Origin: Clostridia bacterium
GTDB lineage: Bacteria > Bacillota > Clostridia > TANB77 > CAG-465
Reading direction: 5' to 3'
Length of the DNA: 22,161 nucleotides
Assembly (NCBI GenBank): GCA_045536565.1
Contig: JAZSNU010000009.1
Location: forward strand, 1 to 22,161
Both the position numbers and the translations under genes were made by a program. The notes under the pieces are model-generated. The model saw nothing but the letters and a program-made list of their open reading frames with translations, did not search any database and had not been told where the DNA came from. Shown piece by piece: positions 8,503 to 17,280 of the stretch (its first letter is position 1; every line of letters begins with the position of its first letter).

Positions 8503-8575
8503 CTATTTTTTAAAAAATATATATCATTTAATCTTGTTATATGATATAATATGTAAAATGAAAAGGGTGAAAAAG

Positions 8576-9868
8576 TTGAAAGTAGCATTTTATACATTAG
8601 GGTGTAAAGTTAATCAATATGAAACAAACTTAATAAAAGAAAAGTTCGAAGAAAAAGGGTATAGCATAGTAGAAGATAATGAAAAAGCAGATATATATTT
8701 GATTAATACTTGTACAGTTACTAATATGAGTGATAGAAAAACAAGACAAGTTATAAGTAGAATGAGAAAACAAAATAGTAATGCTATTATTGGAGTACTT
8801 GGTTGCTATGTTCAAAGTTTAAAAGAAAATAAAGAAAAAATTGATGCTGATTGTATAATAGGAAATGATGACAAAAACAAAATTGTAGAAATGGTGGAAA
8901 ACTGCTTAAAAAATAGAGAAAAAACACATTATCATGTTATTGATATTTCTAAAGAAAAGGAATATAAAAAACAAGGTATATTAAAGCACGGATATGAAGT
9001 AAGAGAAAATATAAAAATAGAGGACGGTTGCAATAATTTCTGCTCATATTGTATAATACCCTATGTAAGAGGCAGAGTAAGAAGTAGAGATATAAAAGAA
9101 ATAATAAAAGAGGCAGAAAATTTGGCATATAATAATGTTAAAGAAATAGTTCTAGTTGGTATTGAAGTTGCGTCATATGGACAAGATATACAAGAGAAAA
9201 TAGACCTAATTGATGTCTTACAAAAAGTATCAGAAGTAAAAGGTATTGAAAGAATAAGGATAAGTTCAATAGAGCCAAGATTTTTAACGAAAGAAAATAT
9301 ATTAAGATTAAGTAAAATAGATAAATTTTGTGAGCATTTTCATATATCAATGCAAAGCGGAAATGATGCTATATTAAAAAGAATGAATAGAAAATACACT
9401 AAAAATGATTTAATAGAGATATGCAATAATATTCATGAAATATTTAAGAATGCTACAATTTCGGTAGATTGTATAGTAGGATTTCCAGGAGAAACAGAAG
9501 AAGAGTTTAGAGACACCGTAGATACAATACAGAAAATGAATTTAATGAAATTACATGTGTTTAAATATTCCAAGAGAAACTATACAGTTGCAGCTAAAAT
9601 GGAAAATCAATTAGATGGAAATATAAAAAAAGAGAGAAGTAACGAGTTAATTAATATAAGCAAAATAAATACAAATAAGTTTTTATCAAAATATATTGGT
9701 AAAAAAATGCCTGTACTATTTGAATCATATTCAAATGGGTATTTATATGGGTACACTAAAAATTATATAATGTGCAAGGTAAGAGGTGATGAAAGTTTAT
9801 GTGGCACAATTCAAGACGTGGTTTTAACCTCATCAGAAACAGAGCAAATGCTAGGAACAATAAATTAA
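8576..9868 (+). CDS. mtaB: tRNA t6A37 methylthiotransferase (radical SAM)
   Basis: TLGCKVNQYET, INTCTVT, GCY, KIEDGCNNFCSYCIIP (CxxxCxxC), IVGFPGET, HVFKYS and G.TKNY; TTG start at 8576 after AGGGTGA. Confidence 0.92.
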   Translation: MKVAFYTLGCKVNQYETNLIKEKFEEKGYSIVEDNEKADIYLINTCTVTNMSDRKTRQVISRMRKQNSNAIIGVLGCYVQSLKENKEKIDADCIIGNDDKNKIVEMVENCLKNREKTHYHVIDISKEKEYKKQGILKHGYEVRENIKIEDGCNNFCSYCIIPYVRGRVRSRDIKEIIKEAENLAYNNVKEIVLVGIEVASYGQDIQEKIDLIDVLQKVSEVKGIERIRISSIEPRFLTKENILRLSKIDKFCEHFHISMQSGNDAILKRMNRKYTKNDLIEICNNIHEIFKNATISVDCIVGFPGETEEEFRDTVDTIQKMNLMKLHVFKYSKRNYTVAAKMENQLDGNIKKERSNELINISKINTNKFLSKYIGKKMPVLFESYSNGYLYGYTKNYIMCKVRGDESLCGTIQDVVLTSSETEQMLGTIN

Positions 9869-11061
9869 AAATATTACAACTTGGAATAATAGGGGTAGTA
9901 ATATTATCTGTATCAATATTTTCAATCTATGGCATTTATAGAGTGTCAAGTAAAAATATCGTAGAAGTTGCAAATAAAGATACAGGAAAAAATGTGGAAA
10001 TATATAAAGAGGTTGCAGAGAAAACAGAAGAAAATAAGAAAGATGAAATAAAAATAGAAGAAGATAAAGCAGAAGAAATAGAGCAAAATATAGTTGACAA
10101 GGATACAGATACTAATACTAACACTAAAAGTGGTATGAAAATAACAGCTCTTGGAGAGATAATGTTAGGTGCAAGAGATTATATGAATAATAGTTATGCG
10201 CTAGCATTTAAAGAAATATCATCTATTATGCAAGATTCGGATTATGTTGTTTCAAGTCTAGCAACAAATATTACAAGTGTAGAGGATTTATCGGATACTA
10301 AAACAAAATATATAGTAAATGAAAGTATATCAAATGCATTTTCAGCACTTAATCTAAATGCATTAAATGTAGCAACCGACCATATGCTAGACTTTTCTAA
10401 TAATATGTTTACCACGACAATAGATACATTAAGAAAAAATAATATAGATGTTATAGGATTAGAAAATGATATTGCGTATGCTGAATGTAATGGTATTAGA
10501 GTAGCATTTATAGGTGTAAATAATGTAATAATAGGAAATGCTAAAAAATATATTGATGCTGGAATGTTTGTATATGATATGGGAAAAGTAAAGAGCAGTA
10601 TAGCAGATGCAAAAACAAAGGCGGATTTAGTTATAGTAATGACTCACTATGGAAAAGAGAATGCACATGAAGTAACAGATGTTATGAGATGGTTTGCAAG
10701 AGAAATAATAAATAGTGGAGCAGATATGGTAATAGGTGGTCATTCACTTGGAATATATCCTATCGAGGAGTACAACGGTAAATTTATTATATACAGTCTA
10801 GGATATTTAATACATGATACAAATAATGAACATGGTAAAAAATCAGCAATATTTGATATCAATATAGATGAAAATGGAGTAATAGATAGTTTAGAAATAA
10901 CTCCTACATATATAGAAAATAAAAGTATAGTTAAGCTATATAAGGATGTGGATTTAAATAAATGTAATGCTCTTTTAGATGAGTTAGGTACAAAATCTAG
11001 TTTAGAAAAATATTCTTCATCTATTGAGAATAATAAGTTAGTTATAAATCTAATAAAGTAA
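9799..11061 (+). CDS. Membrane-anchored CapA/PgsA (PGA_cap) metallophosphoesterase-fold protein with degenerate active site
   Basis: N-terminal TM helix and Glu/Lys linker, then ITALGEIMLG, NVATDHMLD, ADLVIVMTHYGKE, GADMVIGGH and IEEYNGKFIIYSLG; RBS AGAGGTGA lies inside mtaB. Confidence 0.85.
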   Translation: MWHNSRRGFNLIRNRANARNNKLKILQLGIIGVVILSVSIFSIYGIYRVSSKNIVEVANKDTGKNVEIYKEVAEKTEENKKDEIKIEEDKAEEIEQNIVDKDTDTNTNTKSGMKITALGEIMLGARDYMNNSYALAFKEISSIMQDSDYVVSSLATNITSVEDLSDTKTKYIVNESISNAFSALNLNALNVATDHMLDFSNNMFTTTIDTLRKNNIDVIGLENDIAYAECNGIRVAFIGVNNVIIGNAKKYIDAGMFVYDMGKVKSSIADAKTKADLVIVMTHYGKENAHEVTDVMRWFAREIINSGADMVIGGHSLGIYPIEEYNGKFIIYSLGYLIHDTNNEHGKKSAIFDINIDENGVIDSLEITPTYIENKSIVKLYKDVDLNKCNALLDELGTKSSLEKYSSSIENNKLVINLIK

Positions 11062-11097
11062 AAATATAATTTGAAAAATAGGAAATAGTTAGGAAAT

Positions 11098-11131
11098 AAG
11101 GTGTAAATACTTATGTATTTGCATCTTTTTT
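11098..11131 (+). terminator. Intrinsic terminator after the capA-like gene
   Basis: AAGGTGTAAATAC-TTAT-GTATTTGCATCTT plus T-run. Confidence 0.75.
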
Positions 11132-11180
11132 CTGTATATTTCAGTTATTTTACAATTCGTGCAACATACTGTATATTTCG

Positions 11181-11209
11181 TTGACATGATAGGGTTATTG
11201 TAGTAAAAT
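11181..11209 (+). promoter_or_regulatory. Sigma-A promoter of the fba-hydrogenase operon
   Basis: TTGACA-17 bp-TAAAAT. Confidence 0.8.
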
Positions 11210-11246
11210 TTAGATTGAATAATAATGTAAGAAAAGGGGTAATAAT

Positions 11247-12197
11247 ATGGGGCTAACAACAACAACTGAAATGTTTAAAAAAGCATATGAAGGGAAATAT
11301 GCAATTGGAGCATTTAATGTAAATAATATGGAAATAATTCAAGGAATAATGGAAGCAGCAACAGAAACTAATTCACCAGTTATACTTCAAGTATCAAGTG
11401 GTGCAAGAAAATATGCAAATCCAATATATTTAAGAAAATTAGTGGAAGCGGCAATAGAAGATGGTGAAAAGAAAGGGAGAAATTTAGATGTAGTGTTACA
11501 TCTAGATCATGGAGATAGTTTTGAACTTTGTAAGGATTGTATAGATAACGGTTTTACATCGGTAATGATTGATGGTTCAAAGTTTAGTTTTGAAGAAAAT
11601 ATAGCATTAACTAAAAAAGTAGTAGACTATGCACATGAAAGAGGAGTTGTAGTAGAGGCTGAACTTGGAAAATTAGCTGGAATAGAAGATGATGTAAATG
11701 TGGCAGCAGAGGATGCAAACTTTACAAGTCCTGACGAGGCAGTAGAATTTGTTGAAAGAACAGGTTGTGATTCTCTTGCTATTGCAATAGGAACAAGTCA
11801 TGGTGCATATAAATTTAAGGGAGAGCCAAGACTTAGATTTGATATATTAGAAGAAATAACAAATAGACTTCCAGGATATCCACTTGTACTTCATGGTGCA
11901 TCATCTGTACCACAAGAGTTTGTTGAGATGTGTAATAAATATGGTGGAAATATTCCTGGTGCAAAAGGTGTTACAGAAGAGCTTTTAAGAAAGGCAGCAA
12001 CTTATGGGGTTTGTAAAATAAATATAGATTCGGATATTAGACTTGCTATGACAGCAAATATTAGAGAATGTTTTGTAAATAGTCCAGAAGTATTTGACCC
12101 AAGAACATATCTTGGAAAAGCAAGAGAAGCAGTAAAAGAAATGGTAAAACATAAAATAGTAGATGTATTAGGTAGCGAAAATGCTATGGATAAATAG
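11247..12197 (+). CDS. fba: Class II fructose-1,6-bisphosphate aldolase
   Basis: GAFNVNNME, LHLDHG, SVMIDGS, VEAELG, AIGTSHGAYK, LVLHGASS and KINIDSD. Confidence 0.96.
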   Translation: MGLTTTTEMFKKAYEGKYAIGAFNVNNMEIIQGIMEAATETNSPVILQVSSGARKYANPIYLRKLVEAAIEDGEKKGRNLDVVLHLDHGDSFELCKDCIDNGFTSVMIDGSKFSFEENIALTKKVVDYAHERGVVVEAELGKLAGIEDDVNVAAEDANFTSPDEAVEFVERTGCDSLAIAIGTSHGAYKFKGEPRLRFDILEEITNRLPGYPLVLHGASSVPQEFVEMCNKYGGNIPGAKGVTEELLRKAATYGVCKINIDSDIRLAMTANIRECFVNSPEVFDPRTYLGKAREAVKEMVKHKIVDVLGSENAMDK

Positions 12198-12205
12198 GAG
12201 AAGTT

Positions 12206-12607
12206 ATGGTAGATAAAAAAGCATGTAAAGTAAGAAAAAGAAAATACAAAGTAAATGGTGCAGTGCTTATAACAAGATTATCCATGCTTTTTGTTATATG
12301 TGCAGTATGTATAACTGTGTATAACAAGGTAGGAAAAAATAATGTAAGTGGTATAGTAGAGAGTAGTGCATACATTGATATAAACGGTGTATCTAGTATG
12401 GTTAAAGGTGTTGAAAATGGTGGTGTTTATACAGACAGCGTAGAGCCAATAGTAACGAGTGCAGTTAAAAAAGCAACACTTACAAGAGATGGTGAAGGAA
12501 TTAAATTTAAAAGTGGTAAAAAAATATCAAAAATGGGTAGTTATATTTTAACATTAGAAGATAAATCAGGTAATGTAGATACAATATATTTTGATATAGA
12601 AATATAA
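12206..12607 (+). CDS. Single-pass membrane protein with a C-terminal bacterial Ig-like domain
   Basis: Basic N-terminus, hydrophobic LSMLFVICAVCITVY segment, then GVENGGVY...GSYILTLEDKSGN...FDI (Ig-like G.Y.L...D..GN pattern); RBS AGGAG. Confidence 0.7.
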   Translation: MVDKKACKVRKRKYKVNGAVLITRLSMLFVICAVCITVYNKVGKNNVSGIVESSAYIDINGVSSMVKGVENGGVYTDSVEPIVTSAVKKATLTRDGEGIKFKSGKKISKMGSYILTLEDKSGNVDTIYFDIEI

Positions 12608-12626
12608 GTAAAATATGAGGTGTGAT

Positions 12627-13127
12627 ATGGGTAAATGTAAAGGGTGTAATGGTTGTGCAGTAGAAGATAAAGTAGTATCTATTGCAAATAAATATAAAGG
12701 GCAAAAAGGTGGAATAATGAGTGCTCTTCATGAAATTCAAGATGAATATGGATATATTTCAGAGGCAAATCAAAAGTATTTATCAGATAAAATGGGAGTT
12801 CCTCTATCTGAAATATATGGAATTATAACATTCTATTCTAGATTTTCGCTTATGCCAAAAGGCAAATACAATATTCAAGTGTGTATGGGAACAGCATGTT
12901 ATGTAAAAGGTGCAGAAGCCGTTATAAATGCATTTAAAGATAATTTAAAAGTAGATGTAGGTGAAGTCACAGAAGATGGACTATTTTCAATTGAGTCCGT
13001 TAGATGTTTAGGTGCATGTGGCTTAGCACCTGCTATCGTAGTAAATGAAGATGTATATGGAAAAGTAACTCCTGATATGGTACCTAAAATAATTGATAGT
13101 TATAGGGAAAAGGAGGGGCTTAAATAA
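12627..13127 (+). CDS. hydC: [FeFe]-hydrogenase gamma subunit (NuoE/HndA-like, 2Fe-2S)
   Basis: TFYSRFSL.PKG, VCMGTACYVKG and RCLGACGLAP; ATG 12627 after GAGGTG. Confidence 0.92.
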   Translation: MGKCKGCNGCAVEDKVVSIANKYKGQKGGIMSALHEIQDEYGYISEANQKYLSDKMGVPLSEIYGIITFYSRFSLMPKGKYNIQVCMGTACYVKGAEAVINAFKDNLKVDVGEVTEDGLFSIESVRCLGACGLAPAIVVNEDVYGKVTPDMVPKIIDSYREKEGLK

Positions 13128-14956
13128 TGAAAAAAAGTTCACAAGAATTAGAAGAAATAAGAAAAAATACAAGGGCAAGCATGAAAAATATTAGAATAAT
13201 GATTTGTGCTGGAACAGGTTGTACATCATCTAAAAGTGATAAAATAATTGATAACTTAAATAAAGAAATAAAGAAAAGAAAACTAGACAAAGTATCGGTA
13301 GAAAAAACTGGATGCTTTGGTTTTTGCGCAAAAGGTCCAATTGTAGTAATAGACCCATATGAAATATTTTATGAGCAAGTTAAACCAGAAGATGCTAATG
13401 ATATTATTGAAGCAGTGACAAAAGGTGAAACTGTTGAAAGATTAATGGCAAAAGAAAAAGATAAGTTAATAGAAAAATGGCATGAGCTTAATTTCTATAA
13501 AAAACAAAAAAGAATAGCACTTCAAAACTCTGGTATTATAAATCCGGAAAGCATAGATGAATATCTAGCAGTAGATGGATATAAAGCAATTGAAAAAGTA
13601 TTAAATGAATACTCACAAGATGAAGTTATAGATATCATGCTTAAATCAGGACTAAGAGGTAGAGGTGGAGCAGGATTCCCAACTGGTAAAAAATGGGCTT
13701 TTGCAAAAGCATCTAATGACAAAGTAAAATATGTTTGCTGCAATGCAGATGAAGGCGATCCAGGAGCATTTATGGATAGAAGTATCCTAGAGGGAGATCC
13801 GCACTCAGTTATAGAAGCCATGATGATAGCAGGATATGCAATAGGTGCAAAACAAGGGTATATCTATGTAAGAGCAGAATATCCTATTGCTGTAAATAGA
13901 TTAAATATCGCTATAAAACAAGCAAAAGAATATGGATTACTTGGAAAAAATATATTTGATAAAGGTTTTGATTTTAATATCGAACTTAGACTTGGTGCAG
14001 GTGCGTTTGTTTGCGGAGAAGAAACAGCTCTTATGAATTCTATTGAAGGAAAAAGAGGAGAGCCAAGACCAAGACCACCATTTCCAGCAGTTAAAGGATT
14101 ATTTGATAAACCAACCTTGTTAAATAATGTAGAAACATATGCAAATGTTCCTAAAATTATATTAAACGGAGCAGATTGGTATAGCAAGATAGGAACTCAA
14201 ACGAGTAAGGGTACAAAAGTATTTGCACTTGGCGGAAATATAAATAATGTAGGACTTGTAGAAGTGCCTATGGGTGTTACTTTAAGAGATATAGTAGAAG
14301 ATGTAGGCGGCGGTGTTCCAAAAGGCAGAAGATTTAAGGCTGCTCAAATAGGTGGACCAAGTGGTGGATGTGTGCCTGAATCTTTAATAGATACAAAAAT
14401 CGATTATGAATCACTAAATAGTATTGGTGCAATGATGGGCTCTGGTGGACTTATTGTAATGGACGACACTAAATGTATGGTTAACTTGGCTAAATTCTTC
14501 TTAGAATTTACAGTGGATGAATCTTGTGGAAAATGTGCACCATGTAGAATAGGAACAAAAAGAATGCTTGAAATACTTACAAGAATAACAGAAGGTGAAG
14601 GTAAAGAAGGAGATATTGAGCTTTTAGAAGAGCTTTCAGAATCTATTAAAAAATCTTCTTTATGTGGACTTGGTCAAACTGCTCCAAATCCAGTACTTAG
14701 TACATTAAAATATTTTAGAGATGAATATGAGGCTCATATAAAAGAGAAAAAATGTCCAGCAGGAGAGTGTAAAAAACTACTTGATATTAAGATTAATCCT
14801 GATATTTGTAAACAATGTGGAATATGTAAAAAAACATGTCCTGTTGGAGCAATATCTGGTGAAGTAAGACAAGGACCGTTTAAAATAGATCCTAAGATTT
14901 GTATAAAATGTGGAGCTTGTGTAAGTAAGTGTCCATTTAAGGCAATAAGTAAGTAA
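13127..14956 (+). CDS. hydB: [FeFe]-hydrogenase beta subunit (NuoF-like; FMN/NADH; Fe-S)
   Basis: N-terminal thioredoxin-like 2Fe-2S (CAGTGC..GCFGFC), GRGGAGFPTG, NADEGDPGAFMDR, GAGAFVCGEETAL, GTKVF, GGPSGG, ESCGKCAPCR and C-terminal 2x[4Fe-4S]; TAATG overlap with hydC. Confidence 0.95.
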   Translation: MKKSSQELEEIRKNTRASMKNIRIMICAGTGCTSSKSDKIIDNLNKEIKKRKLDKVSVEKTGCFGFCAKGPIVVIDPYEIFYEQVKPEDANDIIEAVTKGETVERLMAKEKDKLIEKWHELNFYKKQKRIALQNSGIINPESIDEYLAVDGYKAIEKVLNEYSQDEVIDIMLKSGLRGRGGAGFPTGKKWAFAKASNDKVKYVCCNADEGDPGAFMDRSILEGDPHSVIEAMMIAGYAIGAKQGYIYVRAEYPIAVNRLNIAIKQAKEYGLLGKNIFDKGFDFNIELRLGAGAFVCGEETALMNSIEGKRGEPRPRPPFPAVKGLFDKPTLLNNVETYANVPKIILNGADWYSKIGTQTSKGTKVFALGGNINNVGLVEVPMGVTLRDIVEDVGGGVPKGRRFKAAQIGGPSGGCVPESLIDTKIDYESLNSIGAMMGSGGLIVMDDTKCMVNLAKFFLEFTVDESCGKCAPCRIGTKRMLEILTRITEGEGKEGDIELLEELSESIKKSSLCGLGQTAPNPVLSTLKYFRDEYEAHIKEKKCPAGECKKLLDIKINPDICKQCGICKKTCPVGAISGEVRQGPFKIDPKICIKCGACVSKCPFKAISK

Positions 14957-14971
14957 AGTGAGGTGGATAAA

Positions 14972-16726
14972 GTGGATAAGAAGATTAAATTTACAATAGA
15001 TTCAAAAGAAGTAGAAGTAAAAGAAGGACAAACTATATTAGATGGAGCAAGAAAACTAGGAATTGATATACCAACACTTTGCTTTTTAAAAGAAATAAAT
15101 GAAGTAGGGGCTTGTAGAATGTGTCTAGTTGAAGTAGAAGGTGCAAAAGGACTTGTTACTTCTTGTGTGTATCCAGCAATAGAGGGGATGGTTGTTAGAA
15201 CAAATACTCCCGAGGTACTTAAAGCAAGAAAAAACACATTAGAATTAATACTTTCAAATCATAATATTAGATGCTTAACATGTGAAAGAAATGGCACATG
15301 TGAACTACAAGCATTAGCCAAAAAGTTTGGTCTTAAAAATATTAGATTCCAAGGTGAAATGACAAAACCTATATATGATGATAGTTCTAAATGTATCACA
15401 AGAGATACTTCAAAATGTATATTATGTGGAAGGTGTGTAAATGTATGTGACAAAGTACAAACTGTTTCTGCAATAACCAAAGTGGGCAGAGGTTTTAATA
15501 CTCATATTGGCGTAGCAGAAGAAATGCCAATTGTTAAATCTACTTGTGTTGGCTGTGGACAATGTATAGCAAACTGCCCTGTTGCAGCTTTAAAAGAAAA
15601 AGATGCAATATCTGAGGTAATAGATGCTATAAACGATCCTAAAAAGCATGTTGTAGTTCAAACAGCACCAGCGGTAAGGGCCGCTCTAGGTGAAGAATTT
15701 GGCTATGATATAGGTACATTAGTTACAGGTAAAATGGTTGCTGCTTTAAGGCAAGCTGGTTTTGATAAAGTGTTTGATACTGACTTTGCAGCAGATGTAA
15801 CTATAATGGAAGAGGGAACTGAGTTTTTAGAAAGAATAAATAAAGGTGGAGTACTTCCTATGATTACATCTTGTAGTAGTGGATGGATAACCTTTGCTGA
15901 GAAATTTTTCCCTGATGTGTTAGAACATGTATCGACTACAAAATCACCAATGTCAATATTGGGAACTATAATTAAAACAAGATATGCTGAAAAAATGGAT
16001 ATAGATCCGAAAGATATATATTCAGTTGCTATAATGCCGTGTAGTGCTAAAAAGGCAGAAATAACAAGGGAAGAGCTTAAAGTAGATGGCAAACAAATGG
16101 TAGATGCGGTTCTTACAACAAGAGAACTTGCTAGAATGTTAAAACAGCTTAATATAGATTTAAAAATGCAACAAGATGAAGAGTTTGATAATCCACTTGG
16201 CGAAGCAACAGGAGCTGGTCATATATTTGGGGTAACTGGTGGCGTTATGGAGGCTGCTTTAAGAACGATAAACAAGGAACTTACTGGTGAACATATTGAA
16301 AATATAGCGTTTAAGAAATTAAGAGCAGAAAAAGGTATTAAAGAGGCAAAAGTAAATATTGCTGGAAAAGAAATAAATATAGCAGTAGCTCATGGATTAA
16401 AAAATGTTAGAAAACTATTAGAAGAAATACGAGATGGGAAAAGTAAATATGACTTTATTGAGGTTATGACTTGTCCAGGCGGATGTATAATGGGTGGAGG
16501 TCAACCTATAAAAACAACAAAAGAGAGAGCGACGATGGATATAGCAGGGTTAAGAGCTAAAGCATTGTATAAAGCAGATGAAATATCAAATAATAGAATA
16601 TCTTGTGATAACAAAAGTGTAAAACAGTTATATAAAGAGTTTATTGGAAAACCAAATGGTGAAAAGGCTCATAAGTTATTCCATACTAAATATAACAAAC
16701 AAGAAGTATATAATAGGGAGGATTAG
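14972..16726 (+). CDS. hydA: [FeFe]-hydrogenase catalytic alpha subunit, group A3 type
   Basis: N-terminal 2Fe-2S, HxxxCxxCxxxxxC and 2x[4Fe-4S]; H-cluster motifs TSCSSGW, MPCSAKKAE and EVMTCPGGCIMGGGQP; GTG 14972 after GAGGTG (alternative start 14963). Confidence 0.95.
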   Translation: MDKKIKFTIDSKEVEVKEGQTILDGARKLGIDIPTLCFLKEINEVGACRMCLVEVEGAKGLVTSCVYPAIEGMVVRTNTPEVLKARKNTLELILSNHNIRCLTCERNGTCELQALAKKFGLKNIRFQGEMTKPIYDDSSKCITRDTSKCILCGRCVNVCDKVQTVSAITKVGRGFNTHIGVAEEMPIVKSTCVGCGQCIANCPVAALKEKDAISEVIDAINDPKKHVVVQTAPAVRAALGEEFGYDIGTLVTGKMVAALRQAGFDKVFDTDFAADVTIMEEGTEFLERINKGGVLPMITSCSSGWITFAEKFFPDVLEHVSTTKSPMSILGTIIKTRYAEKMDIDPKDIYSVAIMPCSAKKAEITREELKVDGKQMVDAVLTTRELARMLKQLNIDLKMQQDEEFDNPLGEATGAGHIFGVTGGVMEAALRTINKELTGEHIENIAFKKLRAEKGIKEAKVNIAGKEINIAVAHGLKNVRKLLEEIRDGKSKYDFIEVMTCPGGCIMGGGQPIKTTKERATMDIAGLRAKALYKADEISNNRISCDNKSVKQLYKEFIGKPNGEKAHKLFHTKYNKQEVYNRED

Positions 16727-16729
16727 TAT

Positions 16730-17242
16730 ATGAAACAATATGTAACAGTTGTAATTGTATTTGTAATTTGTTTACTTGCGATAGTAGGTGCGTGGGGATG
16801 GAGAATATCTCAAAAGGATAAAAAAATAGATATAGATGATCTAGAAAAAAGAATACAAATAAATACTAATAGACCAGTAGAAATATACGAAGAAAAAGAG
16901 GAGTCAAAAGATACAACAAAACTTGATGCTTCATCTAAAATATTAACACTTGAAGAAATAAAAGTATTCGAAGGAAAAAATAAAAGTTATAGCGTAGTTT
17001 CAGGCTTGTTATTAATGTATATGAATAATGGAGCAAGTTTAACTGCTGAAAAAAATATGGATAAGGTTACTATTAATTACAAAGTAGCACTTGATATGTC
17101 AAAATCAAATGCTAAATTGACAGATCCTAAAATAGATGTAAATAACTTTATTAACACATATCTTCAAAAGGATAAAACATATAATATAGAAATTACTAGT
17201 GAAAGCGAAGTTATAGTAAATATAGTAATAAAATCAAATTAA
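16730..17242 (+). CDS. Hypothetical protein with N-terminal membrane anchor
   Basis: MKQYVTVVIVFVICLLAIVGAWGW hydrophobic segment; RBS GGGAGG in the 3' end of hydA; 3-nt gap. Confidence 0.8.
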   Translation: MKQYVTVVIVFVICLLAIVGAWGWRISQKDKKIDIDDLEKRIQINTNRPVEIYEEKEESKDTTKLDASSKILTLEEIKVFEGKNKSYSVVSGLLLMYMNNGASLTAEKNMDKVTINYKVALDMSKSNAKLTDPKIDVNNFINTYLQKDKTYNIEITSESEVIVNIVIKSN

Positions 17243-17248
17243 TAAAAG

Positions 17249-17280
17249 AAACGATACAACTTAAATTAGTTGTATCGTTT
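17249..17280. terminator. Bidirectional hairpin/terminator overlapping the end of the Smr gene
   Basis: AAACGATACAACT-TAAATT-AGTTGTATCGTTT perfect 13-bp inverted repeat. Confidence 0.8.

Noticed and set aside
8411-8575. 55-aa N-terminal extension of MtaB in the ORF track
   Set aside because: It crosses the divergent gene's start and promoter; family similarity begins at KVAFYTLGCK, and an RBS precedes TTG 8576.
9799-11061. Poly-gamma-glutamate capsule locus
   Set aside because: No capB/capC/capD in the window, and the active-site motifs are degenerate.
12627-14956. Respiratory complex I nuoE/nuoF
   Set aside because: They are followed by an H-cluster hydA and no membrane nuo genes, so these are hydrogenase diaphorase subunits.
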